From a virus: a DNA stretch of 49,574 nt. The notes under the pieces are model-generated. The model was given only the letters and a program-made list of their open reading frames with translations, ran no database searches and was not told the origin of the DNA. Of the stretch, positions 1-8,512 are shown one piece after another. Location of the stretch: IMG/VR virus record IMGVR_UViG_3300030320_000057. One strand, given 5' to 3'. The translations under genes and the position numbers were made by a program. The stretch's first letter is position 1. Each line of letters begins with the position of its first letter.

Positions 1-99
1 ATAACTTCACACAACTCCCGCATGGATGCCACCCATGCGGGGATTTTTTATGCGACAATAGAGACATGGAGGACGTGAGGATTCAAGGGCTGTACACGT
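1..99. repeat. Terminal direct repeat, copy A (circular-closure overlap)
   Basis: Bases 1-99 are identical to 49476-49574, and the window ends exactly at the end of the repeat. Confidence 0.95.
17..49 (+). terminator. Rho-independent terminator (inside the terminal repeat)
   Basis: 9-bp stem cccgcatgg/ccatgcggg with a 7-nt loop, followed by a T5 run. Confidence 0.8.
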
Positions 100-323
100 C
101 GCAGTCCTCCTCACGGACTCCTTATTTTTGTTGCAAAGGACGTGTTATTTTGCTTGTGAATGGGTCTGAGCTTGTCAAGCGGCTGGTAGCCTGCGGATGG
201 ACCATATCCAACGCCGCTGACACCTGTTTTCAGTATGCGGCAGAGGGGAAATTTTCAGAATTGGAGGCGTTCATCCGGCAGCAGGAATTGTTGTTCGATG
301 ACCGGCGTGAATATGCGGTTTGA
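66..323 (+). CDS. Hypothetical protein; start uncertain (internal TTG/GTG near 150-156 possible)
   Basis: Open frame whose stop overlaps the next start (313). No recognisable domain. Confidence 0.4.
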   Translation: MEDVRIQGLYTSQSSSRTPYFCCKGRVILLVNGSELVKRLVACGWTISNAADTCFQYAAEGKFSELEAFIRQQELLFDDRREYAV

Positions 324-678
324 ATTTTACAACGAAAACCCAGCCGGACGTAATGTTGGGGATTGCACAGTCAGAGCGATTTCTAAAGCCCTGGGCCAAA
401 GCTGGGACGCTACCTATTGGAATCTCTGTATTGAAGGAAACCTGCTCAAAGATATGCCGTCAAGCAACGCTGTTTGGGGAGCCTATCTGCGCAGGCAGGG
501 CTTCGAGAGGGACATTGTCAGAGATGATATGTCTGTAGCGGATTTCGCAGCAGAGAACCCACATGGGACCTATATTCTTGCTCTGTCTGGCCATGTGGTC
601 TGTATCCAGGATTCTATTATATATGACACCTGGGACAGCGGGAATGAGATCGTTTTGTATTATTGGCAGAAGGAGTGA
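313..678 (+). CDS. Putative papain-fold (Cys-His-Asp) peptidase/amidase-like protein
   Basis: Internal ATG of ORF 235-678. Motifs GDCTVRAIS, GHVV and DTWDS are spaced like a Cys-His-Asp triad. Confidence 0.6.
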   Translation: MRFEFYNENPAGRNVGDCTVRAISKALGQSWDATYWNLCIEGNLLKDMPSSNAVWGAYLRRQGFERDIVRDDMSVADFAAENPHGTYILALSGHVVCIQDSIIYDTWDSGNEIVLYYWQKE

Positions 679-684
679 CGTGAT

Positions 685-1158
685 ATGGCCTATTATCCGC
701 AGTATTACCCTCAGCAGCCCTATCCCTACCAGCCACCCATGATGGATAACCTTGCCCAGCTCCGGGCGGGGCAGTATCAGCAGCCGGTTCCCCCGCAGAC
801 GCCGCAGCCTATGCCGCAGCAGAGCGGTCAGAGCATGGTGTGGGTCAGCGGACAGGCGGAGGCTATGTCCTATCTGGTGGCTCCCAACAGTGCTGTTGCT
901 TTATGGGACAGCAATGCGCCCACCATCTATCTCAAACAAGCGGACGCATCTGGTAAGCCCAGCATCAAAATTTATGATCTGGTGGAGCGCGGAAATACTG
1001 CGCAGACGGTCCAGGCGGCCCCTCAGACGCCCCACGTGCGCTATGCCACACAGGATGACTTGGAGGCACTTGCGGCCCGTGTAGACGCTCTGAGCGCGAA
1101 GGAGATGACTCAGGCGAGACCGACCAACAAAAAGCCTGCAAAGGAGGATGCTGAATGA
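685..1158 (+). CDS. Hypothetical protein with Pro/Gln/Tyr-rich N-terminus
   Basis: N-terminus YYPQYYPQQPYPYQPP, then a globular core (VWVSGQAEAMSYLVAPNSAVALWDS). Tightly packed in the operon. Confidence 0.7.
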   Translation: MAYYPQYYPQQPYPYQPPMMDNLAQLRAGQYQQPVPPQTPQPMPQQSGQSMVWVSGQAEAMSYLVAPNSAVALWDSNAPTIYLKQADASGKPSIKIYDLVERGNTAQTVQAAPQTPHVRYATQDDLEALAARVDALSAKEMTQARPTNKKPAKEDAE

Positions 1159-1376
1159 ATCCGTTTTTCAACGCTATGGGCGGAAATAAACAGCCCAACA
1201 TGATGCAGCAGTTTCAGCAGTTTATGAACCAGATGAAGGGCAAAGACCCAAATGCAGTGATTCAGGACATGATGCAGTCCGGGAAAATCACCCAGGACCA
1301 ATACAACCAGGCCCGCCAGCAGGCACAGCAGATGCAGGGCATGTTTGAGGGGATGCGGGGAATGTTCGGAAAGTAA
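1155..1376 (+). CDS. Small Gln/Met-rich hypothetical protein
   Basis: ATGA start/stop overlap with the upstream gene. 73 aa, low complexity. Confidence 0.6.
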   Translation: MNPFFNAMGGNKQPNMMQQFQQFMNQMKGKDPNAVIQDMMQSGKITQDQYNQARQQAQQMQGMFEGMRGMFGK

Positions 1377-1468
1377 CCATTTCCAAACCAATTATTAAAC
1401 CAATTCAAACCATTTAATCAAAATCCGTGGCCACGGTTTTGAAATAAATCTACAAAGGAGATTACATC

Positions 1469-2266
1469 ATGAGTCTTTCTTCTGACGGCGGCACTGTTAT
1501 GACAATGCCGGTTACTCCCGCTTATCAGGGCGGCGGTTATGGTGGCAATGGCTCCATGTGGGGTGGAGACTGGTCTGCCTGGATTATTTTGTTCCTCATT
1601 TGGGGAGCCTTTGGGGGCGGCTGGGGCAATGGCTTCGGCGGAGGTTTTGGCGGAGCAAACGGGCCTGGCTTCCAGGGTTATGCCACACGCTCCGACATTA
1701 ACGAGGGCTTTGCTCTGAACAACCTCCAGAGCGGCATCAATTCCATCCAGAACGGAATCTGTGATAGTACCTACAGCCTGACCAACGCCATCAACAATGG
1801 ATTCCACGGTGTGGACACCGCCATGTGCAATCTGGGCACCCAGCTCCAGCAGTGCTGCTGCGACAACGCCCGGGCTATTGACGGCGTAAACTACAACCTG
1901 GCAACCCAGACCAACGGCATTCAGACTGCCATTCAGGGCGTTCGGTATGATATGGCTACTCAGGCTTGCGACACCCGCAACACCATTCAGAACAGCACGC
2001 GGGACATTATTGACAACGCCAACGCCAACAGCAGAGCCATTCTGGACTTCCTGACTCAGGACAAGATCGCCACGCTGACTGCTGAGAACCAGTCCCTGAA
2101 ATTCCAGGCTTCTCAGGCGGCTCAGAATGCGTTCATTACTGCCAACCAGGAGGCGCAGACCGCCGAGCTGATTCGCCGCATCAATCCTATGCCCGTTCCG
2201 GCCTATCAGGTTCCGAACCCCTATGCCGGTTGTGGGTGCTATAGCTCCTGCGGTTGCGGCTGCTAA
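1469..2266 (+). CDS. Gly-rich membrane protein with Asn/Gln-rich repeats and a Cys-rich C-terminus
   Basis: AAAGGAG RBS. GGGYGG...WIILFLIWGAFGGGWGNGFGGGFGG hydrophobic segment. C-terminus AGCGCYSSCGCGC. Confidence 0.75.
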   Translation: MSLSSDGGTVMTMPVTPAYQGGGYGGNGSMWGGDWSAWIILFLIWGAFGGGWGNGFGGGFGGANGPGFQGYATRSDINEGFALNNLQSGINSIQNGICDSTYSLTNAINNGFHGVDTAMCNLGTQLQQCCCDNARAIDGVNYNLATQTNGIQTAIQGVRYDMATQACDTRNTIQNSTRDIIDNANANSRAILDFLTQDKIATLTAENQSLKFQASQAAQNAFITANQEAQTAELIRRINPMPVPAYQVPNPYAGCGCYSSCGCGC

Positions 2267-2381
2267 AATCACATACATCAGCTTTCCGGCATGATCGGAA
2301 TGTTCGGCCCCGTGCCGATACTACAACAACGCGGCGGGGCAATGGCTCCGCCGTATTCTTTTATGAGAAAGGATTGATTTT

Positions 2382-2804
2382 ATGGCTGAATTTACAAATG
2401 TATTTGTTCAGCAGATCGCGGCTAATGGGAATGCAGTTTTCAGCGAAACGCCCGTTTCCGGCTCTAATTGTATTGTTCATCGGGATGGTTCTGGCATCAT
2501 CACTCTGCGGGGGATGACGAATCAGTGCCGTGCCCGTTACAAGGTGGTATTTGGCGGGAATATTGCCATCCCGACTGGTGGGGCAGTGGGCCCCATCTCC
2601 GTCGCTATCGCCGTGGAGGGCGAGGCCCTTGGAAGTGCGACAGCTGTTGTGACGCCTGCGGCAGTCGAGGACTTTTTCAATGTATTCGCTGCCGCATTTA
2701 TTGAGGTTCCCCGGGGCTGCTGTGTGACAGTGGCTGTCAAAAACACCTCCACAGAGACGATCGAGCTGGAAAATGCCAACGTGATCGTTGAGCGTGTATG
2801 CTGA
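2382..2804 (+). CDS. Small beta-rich protein, weakly BclA-C-terminal/C1q-like in pattern
   Basis: 140 aa with an alternating hydrophobic beta pattern and conserved Cys (GCC, terminal C). The family call is from memory only. Confidence 0.65.
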   Translation: MAEFTNVFVQQIAANGNAVFSETPVSGSNCIVHRDGSGIITLRGMTNQCRARYKVVFGGNIAIPTGGAVGPISVAIAVEGEALGSATAVVTPAAVEDFFNVFAAAFIEVPRGCCVTVAVKNTSTETIELENANVIVERVC

Positions 2805-2818
2805 AAGGAGATAACAAA

Positions 2819-3238
2819 ATGAAAGCACTGTATGAGCTGAAAGAGAAGTTTGAGATGGAGCTGGAGGAACTAGCTCGGAAGGGAGAGCTGGGCGCTGGCG
2901 ATTTGGAGCTGGCACACAAGCTCACCGACACCATCAAGAACATTGACAAAATCTGTGCTCTGGAGGAAGATGGTGGTTACTCTGAGGCAGGAGACTGGGA
3001 AGGGCGCGGGTCTTACAATCGCGGTTCCAGCTATGCCAATCGCGGCAAGCACTACGTTCGGGGCCATTACTCCCGAGATGGTTACAGCAATCGCGGCTAC
3101 AGCCGTGAAAGCGGTTACAGCCGACATGACGCAAAAGAGCAGATGATGGTCCAGTTGGAGGATATGATGGGCTCTGTGTCGAATGAGCGGGAGCGTGAGG
3201 CTATTCGCCGCTGCATGGAACAGCTGGACCGTGAGTAA
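2819..3238 (+). CDS. Hypothetical protein (coiled-coil N-terminus, Gly/Ser/Tyr/Arg-rich middle)
   Basis: AAAGGAG RBS 8 nt upstream of the ATG at 2819. Repeats of the form YSRDGYSNRGYSRESGYSR. Confidence 0.7.
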   Translation: MKALYELKEKFEMELEELARKGELGAGDLELAHKLTDTIKNIDKICALEEDGGYSEAGDWEGRGSYNRGSSYANRGKHYVRGHYSRDGYSNRGYSRESGYSRHDAKEQMMVQLEDMMGSVSNEREREAIRRCMEQLDRE

Positions 3239-3250
3239 GGGGGTGCCGCC

Positions 3251-3733
3251 ATGAATGGCACCAACGAAGCGCGGGAAGGCTCCCGAGAATGGCTCCTTTT
3301 AAAAATTGCGGAATGCATGGTTGAACCAATGAGTGAACGGACAGCAGAACGTTTAAGCGCTTACAGCGGCGCTTACAACGCTATCTGCCACTGGGAAAAC
3401 AGAAAACCTTTTTATTCCAATTCGGCTAAACCGTTCACACAGGAAGAGGCGAAAGAGTGGACCAGCGCAATGCAGAATGTAGACGGCACTACCGGCCCTC
3501 ACTGGACGTTGGAACAAACCAACCAGATCATGACGCAGCGCGGTATCAACTGCGACCCTGCGGAGTTCTACGCGGCCATGAACATGGTCTATTCCGATTA
3601 CAGCAAGGTCGCCAAGAAGCTCAATGTCAGCAACATCGACTTCTATGCCGAAATTGCGAAAGCGTTTCTGGACGACCAGGACGCCGCTCCGGACAAACTC
3701 GCTCGGTACTATGAGTTTGTCGTGAAGCACTGA
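3251..3733 (+). CDS. Conserved hypothetical protein
   Basis: 160-aa ORF and last gene of the operon. Followed by the terminator at 3741-3769. Confidence 0.7.
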   Translation: MNGTNEAREGSREWLLLKIAECMVEPMSERTAERLSAYSGAYNAICHWENRKPFYSNSAKPFTQEEAKEWTSAMQNVDGTTGPHWTLEQTNQIMTQRGINCDPAEFYAAMNMVYSDYSKVAKKLNVSNIDFYAEIAKAFLDDQDAAPDKLARYYEFVVKH

Positions 3734-3740
3734 TGATAGT

Positions 3741-3769
3741 CCCCGCTCTCTTATGAGGGCGGGGATTTT
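3741..3769 (+). terminator. Rho-independent terminator
   Basis: Stem ccccgc..ctc/gag..gcgggg, then TTTT. Confidence 0.75.
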
Positions 3770-3834
3770 ATTACATAATATTATCGCAACTACAGAGGGA
3801 GAAATATTAAGTAATAAAATTCATTAAAAATTTT

Positions 3835-5172
3835 TCAAACATTTAAGGAATATTCTATGTGCCTATCAGGGTATATTTTGATTTCTTTGACAATAATTCT
3901 CCAAAATTCTCGTTTTTCTTCGCGGTTGAGTCCGTCGTAAGATTCTTTCCAGTTTTCGGTTAACACCCTATCAATACTCTCGAAGTCTTGCTTTTGCTCA
4001 GGGAGTGCTGCTTTCTCCAAATCACTGATTTTTGCAAGCAATGCTTCACGGTCTGTCTTTAATTCTTCTAGTGTGATGATATCATTCAAATATAAATCCT
4101 TCAGTTTGTTTAACTTTGACTTTGCAGCAGAGATTTCCGCACGTGACCTTTTGTTGATTTCCGCATTTTTGAGAGCGGAAAAGTTGGCCTTGTATTCGTG
4201 AAATTTGTTGGCTACTGTCGCAAGAAGATACTCTTCAATTTTCCTTTCACCAAGATTAACGCGATTTTGGCATCCATTCTGCTTTGTATAGTGTCCGTTG
4301 CAATTGTAGAACACATACGTCTGCTTTGTGTTAATACGAGCACCCATCCTGTTGCCGCACTCCGGGCAAACCACTAATCCGGAAAACAGATAGGTACGAT
4401 TATTCTTTGCCTTTCGGACAACCTTCCTCCGCATAGCTTGAATTTGTTCATGATCTTCTTTAGTGATATAGGCAGGACACATTCCGTCCATATTGTAATA
4501 TTTCCCATAATATGTAGTGCTGCGCAGCATCTTATCAATAAGATGGTATCTCATTAAAACACCATATTTTTCTCTGATAAATTCGGAAGTTTTAGAAATG
4601 GAACCGGAGGCTAAATACTTCTTAAAGAAATCGTTAACAAGAGCCTCTTTGGATTCGTCTTTTTTGAATGATTTTCCTTCAATTTTATAACCAAAAGGTA
4701 TATTCCCGGTAAGAGGCTCCAACCGCGCCCGCTTTCCCTCAAAAACGAATTTGATACGCTCACTGGTCCGGTCTGCTTCATCTTGGGCAACGGACAACAT
4801 GATATTTACTTTCAGCCGCCCGGATGCGGTTGTCGTCTCATAATCCTCTTGTGTCGCCTGCCAAGATACACCATATTGATCTAGGATTTCCTGAACAGCA
4901 TAGTAGTTCCCCACATTTCTAAACCATCTGTCCAGCTTTATGAACAAGATCAGATCAATCTTCCCAGCCTTACAATCTTCAAGTAAACGCAAGAGAGCAG
5001 GGCGTTTCTTGTATGGTTTTCTGGCGGAAATGCCAGCATCTTCATAGATGCCAGCAATCTTCATTCCGTGAGATTTTGAAAATTGAGTCAGGTTGTTTTT
5101 TTGGTCCTCCAGAGATAGGCCGTGCCGCGCCTGTTCTTCCGTCGAGACGCGGATATATAGTGCGGCTCTCAT
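3835..5172 (-). CDS. Large serine recombinase (phage integrase)
   Basis: N-terminus MRAALYIRVSTEEQ (resolvase catalytic Ser motif), recombinase domain, Cys-rich zinc ribbon (CPECG...CNGH..C) and a C-terminal coiled coil. Confidence 0.95.
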   Translation of the reverse strand: MRAALYIRVSTEEQARHGLSLEDQKNNLTQFSKSHGMKIAGIYEDAGISARKPYKKRPALLRLLEDCKAGKIDLILFIKLDRWFRNVGNYYAVQEILDQYGVSWQATQEDYETTTASGRLKVNIMLSVAQDEADRTSERIKFVFEGKRARLEPLTGNIPFGYKIEGKSFKKDESKEALVNDFFKKYLASGSISKTSEFIREKYGVLMRYHLIDKMLRSTTYYGKYYNMDGMCPAYITKEDHEQIQAMRRKVVRKAKNNRTYLFSGLVVCPECGNRMGARINTKQTYVFYNCNGHYTKQNGCQNRVNLGERKIEEYLLATVANKFHEYKANFSALKNAEINKRSRAEISAAKSKLNKLKDLYLNDIITLEELKTDREALLAKISDLEKAALPEQKQDFESIDRVLTENWKESYDGLNREEKREFWRIIVKEIKIYPDRHIEYSLNV

Positions 5173-5173
5173 A

Positions 5174-5608
5174 CTATCCCCTCCAAAATCCGTAATTGGC
5201 GCAGTGAATATCTACCCACACGCACCAGACGAAGAGACCGACGATCAATAGCGACAAACCGAGCATGATCCACCTGTATAGTTTTACGGAATGACGTAGG
5301 TTATTCAGTTCCGCCTCCATCAGGCCGATGGTCTTCCGCTTATTTTCAAGGCGGTGTTCCAGCCCATCTTTTTCCGCCTGCAAGGTTTCTTCCGTGGCGG
5401 TACAGTGATCGCCAATACCAAAAAATGCGTCCAAAGACACCCCCAGTGCCGCACAGATACCAGCTGTGGTATAAAGGGCCGGGGATTTGGACGCATGGGC
5501 GAAGAAATTATTAACGGTGGAGAGGGGGACGCCGGAAGCATCGGCAATGTCCTGGGCCGTCATGTTGAGGGCGGCTCTTTTTTCGCGGCATAAGTCTTGG
5601 ATCGTCAA
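5174..5608 (-). CDS. XRE-family HTH regulator with C-terminal transmembrane helix
   Basis: TTG start 8 nt after AGGAGG (the ORF track extends to 5719). HTH MTAQDIADASGVPLSTVNNF, a coiled coil, and TM WIMLGLSLLIVGLFVWCVWV. Its stop lies 1 nt before the integrase start. Confidence 0.8.
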   Translation of the reverse strand: MTIQDLCREKRAALNMTAQDIADASGVPLSTVNNFFAHASKSPALYTTAGICAALGVSLDAFFGIGDHCTATEETLQAEKDGLEHRLENKRKTIGLMEAELNNLRHSVKLYRWIMLGLSLLIVGLFVWCVWVDIHCANYGFWRG

Positions 5609-5814
5609 AAAATCGGCCTCCTGTATTAAATTTATAAGATATGGGCAGCGATAGTACACAATTTCGTTTGGCAGTATACTGCCGGTTTCCCACATTTGGT
5701 TATTGCGTTGCCCAATCAATTTTTGCTATGGTTGCATCACGGCAAGCCAATCCCCCCAAGGCTTGCCCTCCGGCCCCGCCGTTTGTTGCAGAGGGCGGCG
5801 GGGCCTTTAGTTAC

Positions 5815-6249
5815 TTATTGCTTCTCAAGTTTTACGGTCTGCGTAACTCCCATGGCAGACACTTCGTAACTGATTACGCCGTCCTGATAGGTAAACGTCT
5901 TTGTGTCATCGCCGCTGGCGAGAATTGCCATATCGGTCTGATCTTTATCATTTTCCGATTCCCAGGTGTACGGCTCATCCGCCGTGGTAGGGGCATCGAA
6001 AGAACCGGCCCAATAGAGGGCTTTGGTTTCTCCGTTATCAGATACCCAATACACCTCAATGGCATCTCCGGCAATAGTAGCGGCCTGCCATGCGTCATCT
6101 GCATTGCTGTTTGTCTGCTTCCACTCTCCAACGAGATCGGGTGGAGTTACCGGCTCGTTTTCTGGCTCGGCCTGATTCGTTTCCCCGCAGGCGGTTAACA
6201 TGCCGAGCGCGAGAACTGAAGACAGCGCGATAAGCAAAAACTTTTTCAT
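5815..6249 (-). CDS. Secreted lipoprotein (prophage moron)
   Basis: MKKFLLIALSSVLALGMLTAC gives a signal peptide plus an LTAC lipobox. Internal ATG of ORF 5815-6303. Confidence 0.85.
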   Translation of the reverse strand: MKKFLLIALSSVLALGMLTACGETNQAEPENEPVTPPDLVGEWKQTNSNADDAWQAATIAGDAIEVYWVSDNGETKALYWAGSFDAPTTADEPYTWESENDKDQTDMAILASGDDTKTFTYQDGVISYEVSAMGVTQTVKLEKQ

Positions 6250-6340
6250 CTTAACTCTCCATTTTCTTATATTTTCGACTGCACAAAGTGCAATAATCGA
6301 CATATAGCCCCGTTACTATAATTATTGGGAGGGACGCAAG

Positions 6341-6499
6341 ATGTTGTATAATGACGCGAAATGTGATACAATAAACAGAGCAGATGTTGAAATACTGCGC
6401 GAAAAACTGGTATGCGCCGCGCTGGCGCTTCCGTATGAAGCAAAGCTTGAGCTTTTGAAACTTATTGAGGGGGAAGAGAAAAATGAAAGAGGCCGCTAA
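6341..6499 (+). CDS. Small hypothetical protein (52 aa)
   Basis: GGAGGG RBS 7 nt upstream of the ATG. Below the ORF-track size cutoff. Confidence 0.4.
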   Translation: MLYNDAKCDTINRADVEILREKLVCAALALPYEAKLELLKLIEGEEKNERGR

Positions 6500-6737
6500 G
6501 TTATGGTACATCGACTCCAAAATGGTTGACGCGGTAAATCGGTGCATGGACGCCATTTCGGCCTGCGGGCTTTCCGCGGACAGCGCGGAATATCTCCCCT
6601 TTTGCTTAGATCGTGCGATCAAGGCAAGCAATCAGATTTCCGCGCAAAGCATCCCGTTTCGCGCAACGCCCGTAAAGGTCAATGAGGAAAACGGGGGCTG
6701 TGATGTCACGCCTTTGGCGCTATTATTTGTTCAATAG
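6483..6737 (+). CDS. Small hypothetical protein (84 aa)
   Basis: Purine-rich RBS (GGGGAAGAG). Overlaps the previous small ORF, and its 3' end converges into the DUF2513 gene. Confidence 0.35.
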   Translation: MKEAAKLWYIDSKMVDAVNRCMDAISACGLSADSAEYLPFCLDRAIKASNQISAQSIPFRATPVKVNEENGGCDVTPLALLFVQ

Positions 6738-7149
6738 CCGCTGATGCAATCCCTTTTGAGATTGTTTCAATCACTGTTAAAGACACGGAGCCAAATGACC
6801 GCAGCAATTTTGATGTTTTTTCCCATTGCGTTTTTCCTTCGATTGCCGCGATAAATTCATGCCCCTTTGGCGTGACATAGTAAATAGACGGCAGACTGTT
6901 GTGATGGAAGTTTGTAATGGGATCAAAATGGAAATCTGTTGCCAGATACCCACTCTCCGAAAGCTGAATGATGTGATAAATCAAAGCCCCTGTATCGTAT
7001 TTGTTCAGTGGCGGGACGAGCCTCATTGAATCAATATATAAAACATGATAACTTGCGCAAGTATAATTGCCGACTTCTTCTGTTTTGATGTAAGTATTAT
7101 CTTCGCAAAACAGCATTAAATCTCGGACGCAGTCAGGGTCGAGTTTCAT
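6706..7149 (-). CDS. DUF2513-like (YjcQ-like winged-helix) protein
   Basis: N-terminus MKLDPDCVRDLMLFCE and overall length match my memory of DUF2513. ATGA overlap with the upstream HTH gene. Confidence 0.7.
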   Translation of the reverse strand: MKLDPDCVRDLMLFCEDNTYIKTEEVGNYTCASYHVLYIDSMRLVPPLNKYDTGALIYHIIQLSESGYLATDFHFDPITNFHHNSLPSIYYVTPKGHEFIAAIEGKTQWEKTSKLLRSFGSVSLTVIETISKGIASAAIEQIIAPKA

Positions 7150-7574
7150 GTCTTATCCCTCTTGCTTTCCAGATATTCAATATAGCGTGAAATCTCAGTT
7201 AATTCATCCGCAGATGCGGAGCGGATAAACTGCGCGATTTTATCGTCCACACCCTCGATCTTCGGATCGGGGGTTTCTTTTATGCCCTCAGCCTCGACCA
7301 GTTTCCGCACCGTCTCAATATTCTCTAAGCACTTTGCGGTTGCTTCTGGGGTTTCCCCCTCGCGCAACAAAATTTCGTCGGGAGTAGCTTTAAGAAGCTG
7401 ACATATCCGTGCGGCTTCTTCTGGGGATGGGAGATTTTTCCCACGCCTTACTTCACTTAACCACCTCTTGTGTTTCCCGATCATTTTCGAAAATGATGCT
7501 TCGCTCCAGCTTTTAGCCGAAACTTTTTCTGCTATCGAATCTACGTTTGGTTGGACTGTATCTCTTTTTGGCAT
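7146..7574 (-). CDS. HTH DNA-binding protein, candidate prophage repressor
   Basis: XRE-like HTH (SFSKMIGKHKRWLSEVRRGKNLPSPEEAARI) with an acidic C-terminal domain. Lies in the leftward operon facing the cro-like gene. Confidence 0.75.
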   Translation of the reverse strand: MPKRDTVQPNVDSIAEKVSAKSWSEASFSKMIGKHKRWLSEVRRGKNLPSPEEAARICQLLKATPDEILLREGETPEATAKCLENIETVRKLVEAEGIKETPDPKIEGVDDKIAQFIRSASADELTEISRYIEYLESKRDKT

Positions 7575-7576
7575 AT

Positions 7577-8278
7577 CTACTCCTGAATAAATCGTAATGC
7601 AGCAGCGTGTACGTCATGCTCAAACTTTTCGTTTTCAACAGATATCCGTCTATTCCGCTTGTGCTTGTTGTTCCTGATTACGTCAATTTTTCTTTTCTTT
7701 ATTTTATTGATTCTCTCAGCGAAATACTTGCTGTTTAATCCACCACGGCGAATCGCCTTTTTTAACCAAAATATGGCGTTGTCAAATTCCCACTCTTGCT
7801 CGTATAACTTGGAAAACATATTGCATGTAAATGTAAAGTCTAACGATGCAAATTTATCTAAAACAGTAAATGGTATTTTTCCGATTGCTTCTTCAAACGC
7901 TCCGATTGCAGCAAGCCTAAAATCAGCTCCTTTGTTCGCAAACGCATAAGCAACCGCGAATTTATCAAAAGCCGATGCCGAATTTCTATATTTTGTTACG
8001 GCAATTTCAAAAAGTACGTATCGGGGCTTGTACTTTATTACATACGCCTCGTTCACAAGCCCAAGAGACTGAAATTCCGCAGGGTACTTTGTTTTAACGA
8101 TAGACAGCACTTTCCTGACGACATCCGCTTCATGTTGCGAAAAACGAGTTAAATCATATTTGTAGTTCGCCGCAATAATGCTTTGTGATGAATTTTGTTC
8201 ATACTGTTCTGGATAATAGGCATACGGGTTATTCGGCCCTTTAGGCCGCGCAAGAATTAAGTCAATGTCTAAAAGCAT
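7577..8278 (-). CDS. Hypothetical protein, helical repeat (TPR-like) with Lys/Arg-rich tail
   Basis: Visibly AT-rich relative to the flanks. ATG at 8278 (the ORF track extends to 8356). First gene of a three-gene leftward operon. Confidence 0.65.
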   Translation of the reverse strand: MLLDIDLILARPKGPNNPYAYYPEQYEQNSSQSIIAANYKYDLTRFSQHEADVVRKVLSIVKTKYPAEFQSLGLVNEAYVIKYKPRYVLFEIAVTKYRNSASAFDKFAVAYAFANKGADFRLAAIGAFEEAIGKIPFTVLDKFASLDFTFTCNMFSKLYEQEWEFDNAIFWLKKAIRRGGLNSKYFAERINKIKKRKIDVIRNNKHKRNRRISVENEKFEHDVHAAALRFIQE

Positions 8279-8512
8279 ATCTACCAAAAAATAGATGTAT
8301 TTTTGTGCAATTCCACAAAAACCAACAAAATGGTCGTGTTTGGCTTTACAACACACAAAATGTAAGCTATAATAATCTCGTGAGTTATCATAGAGACAAC
8401 AAAAAACCAGACCCCCAAAGAAAAATCCTTTTTGCGGGTTCCATAGACGATATTTTGTTGGCTGACACTTACATGATAGCGGCGGCGGTTTCGTTTGTCA
8501 AGTGAAAACTCA

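Noticed and set aside
1418-2278. 286-aa minus-strand ORF.
   Set aside because: It is the antisense shadow of the Gly-rich cargo gene. It has no RBS, and the plus-strand ORF has a strong AAAGGAG RBS and operon context.
5641-6198. 185-aa plus-strand ORF.
   Set aside because: It is antisense to the lipoprotein gene, which has a textbook signal peptide and lipobox. It has no RBS.
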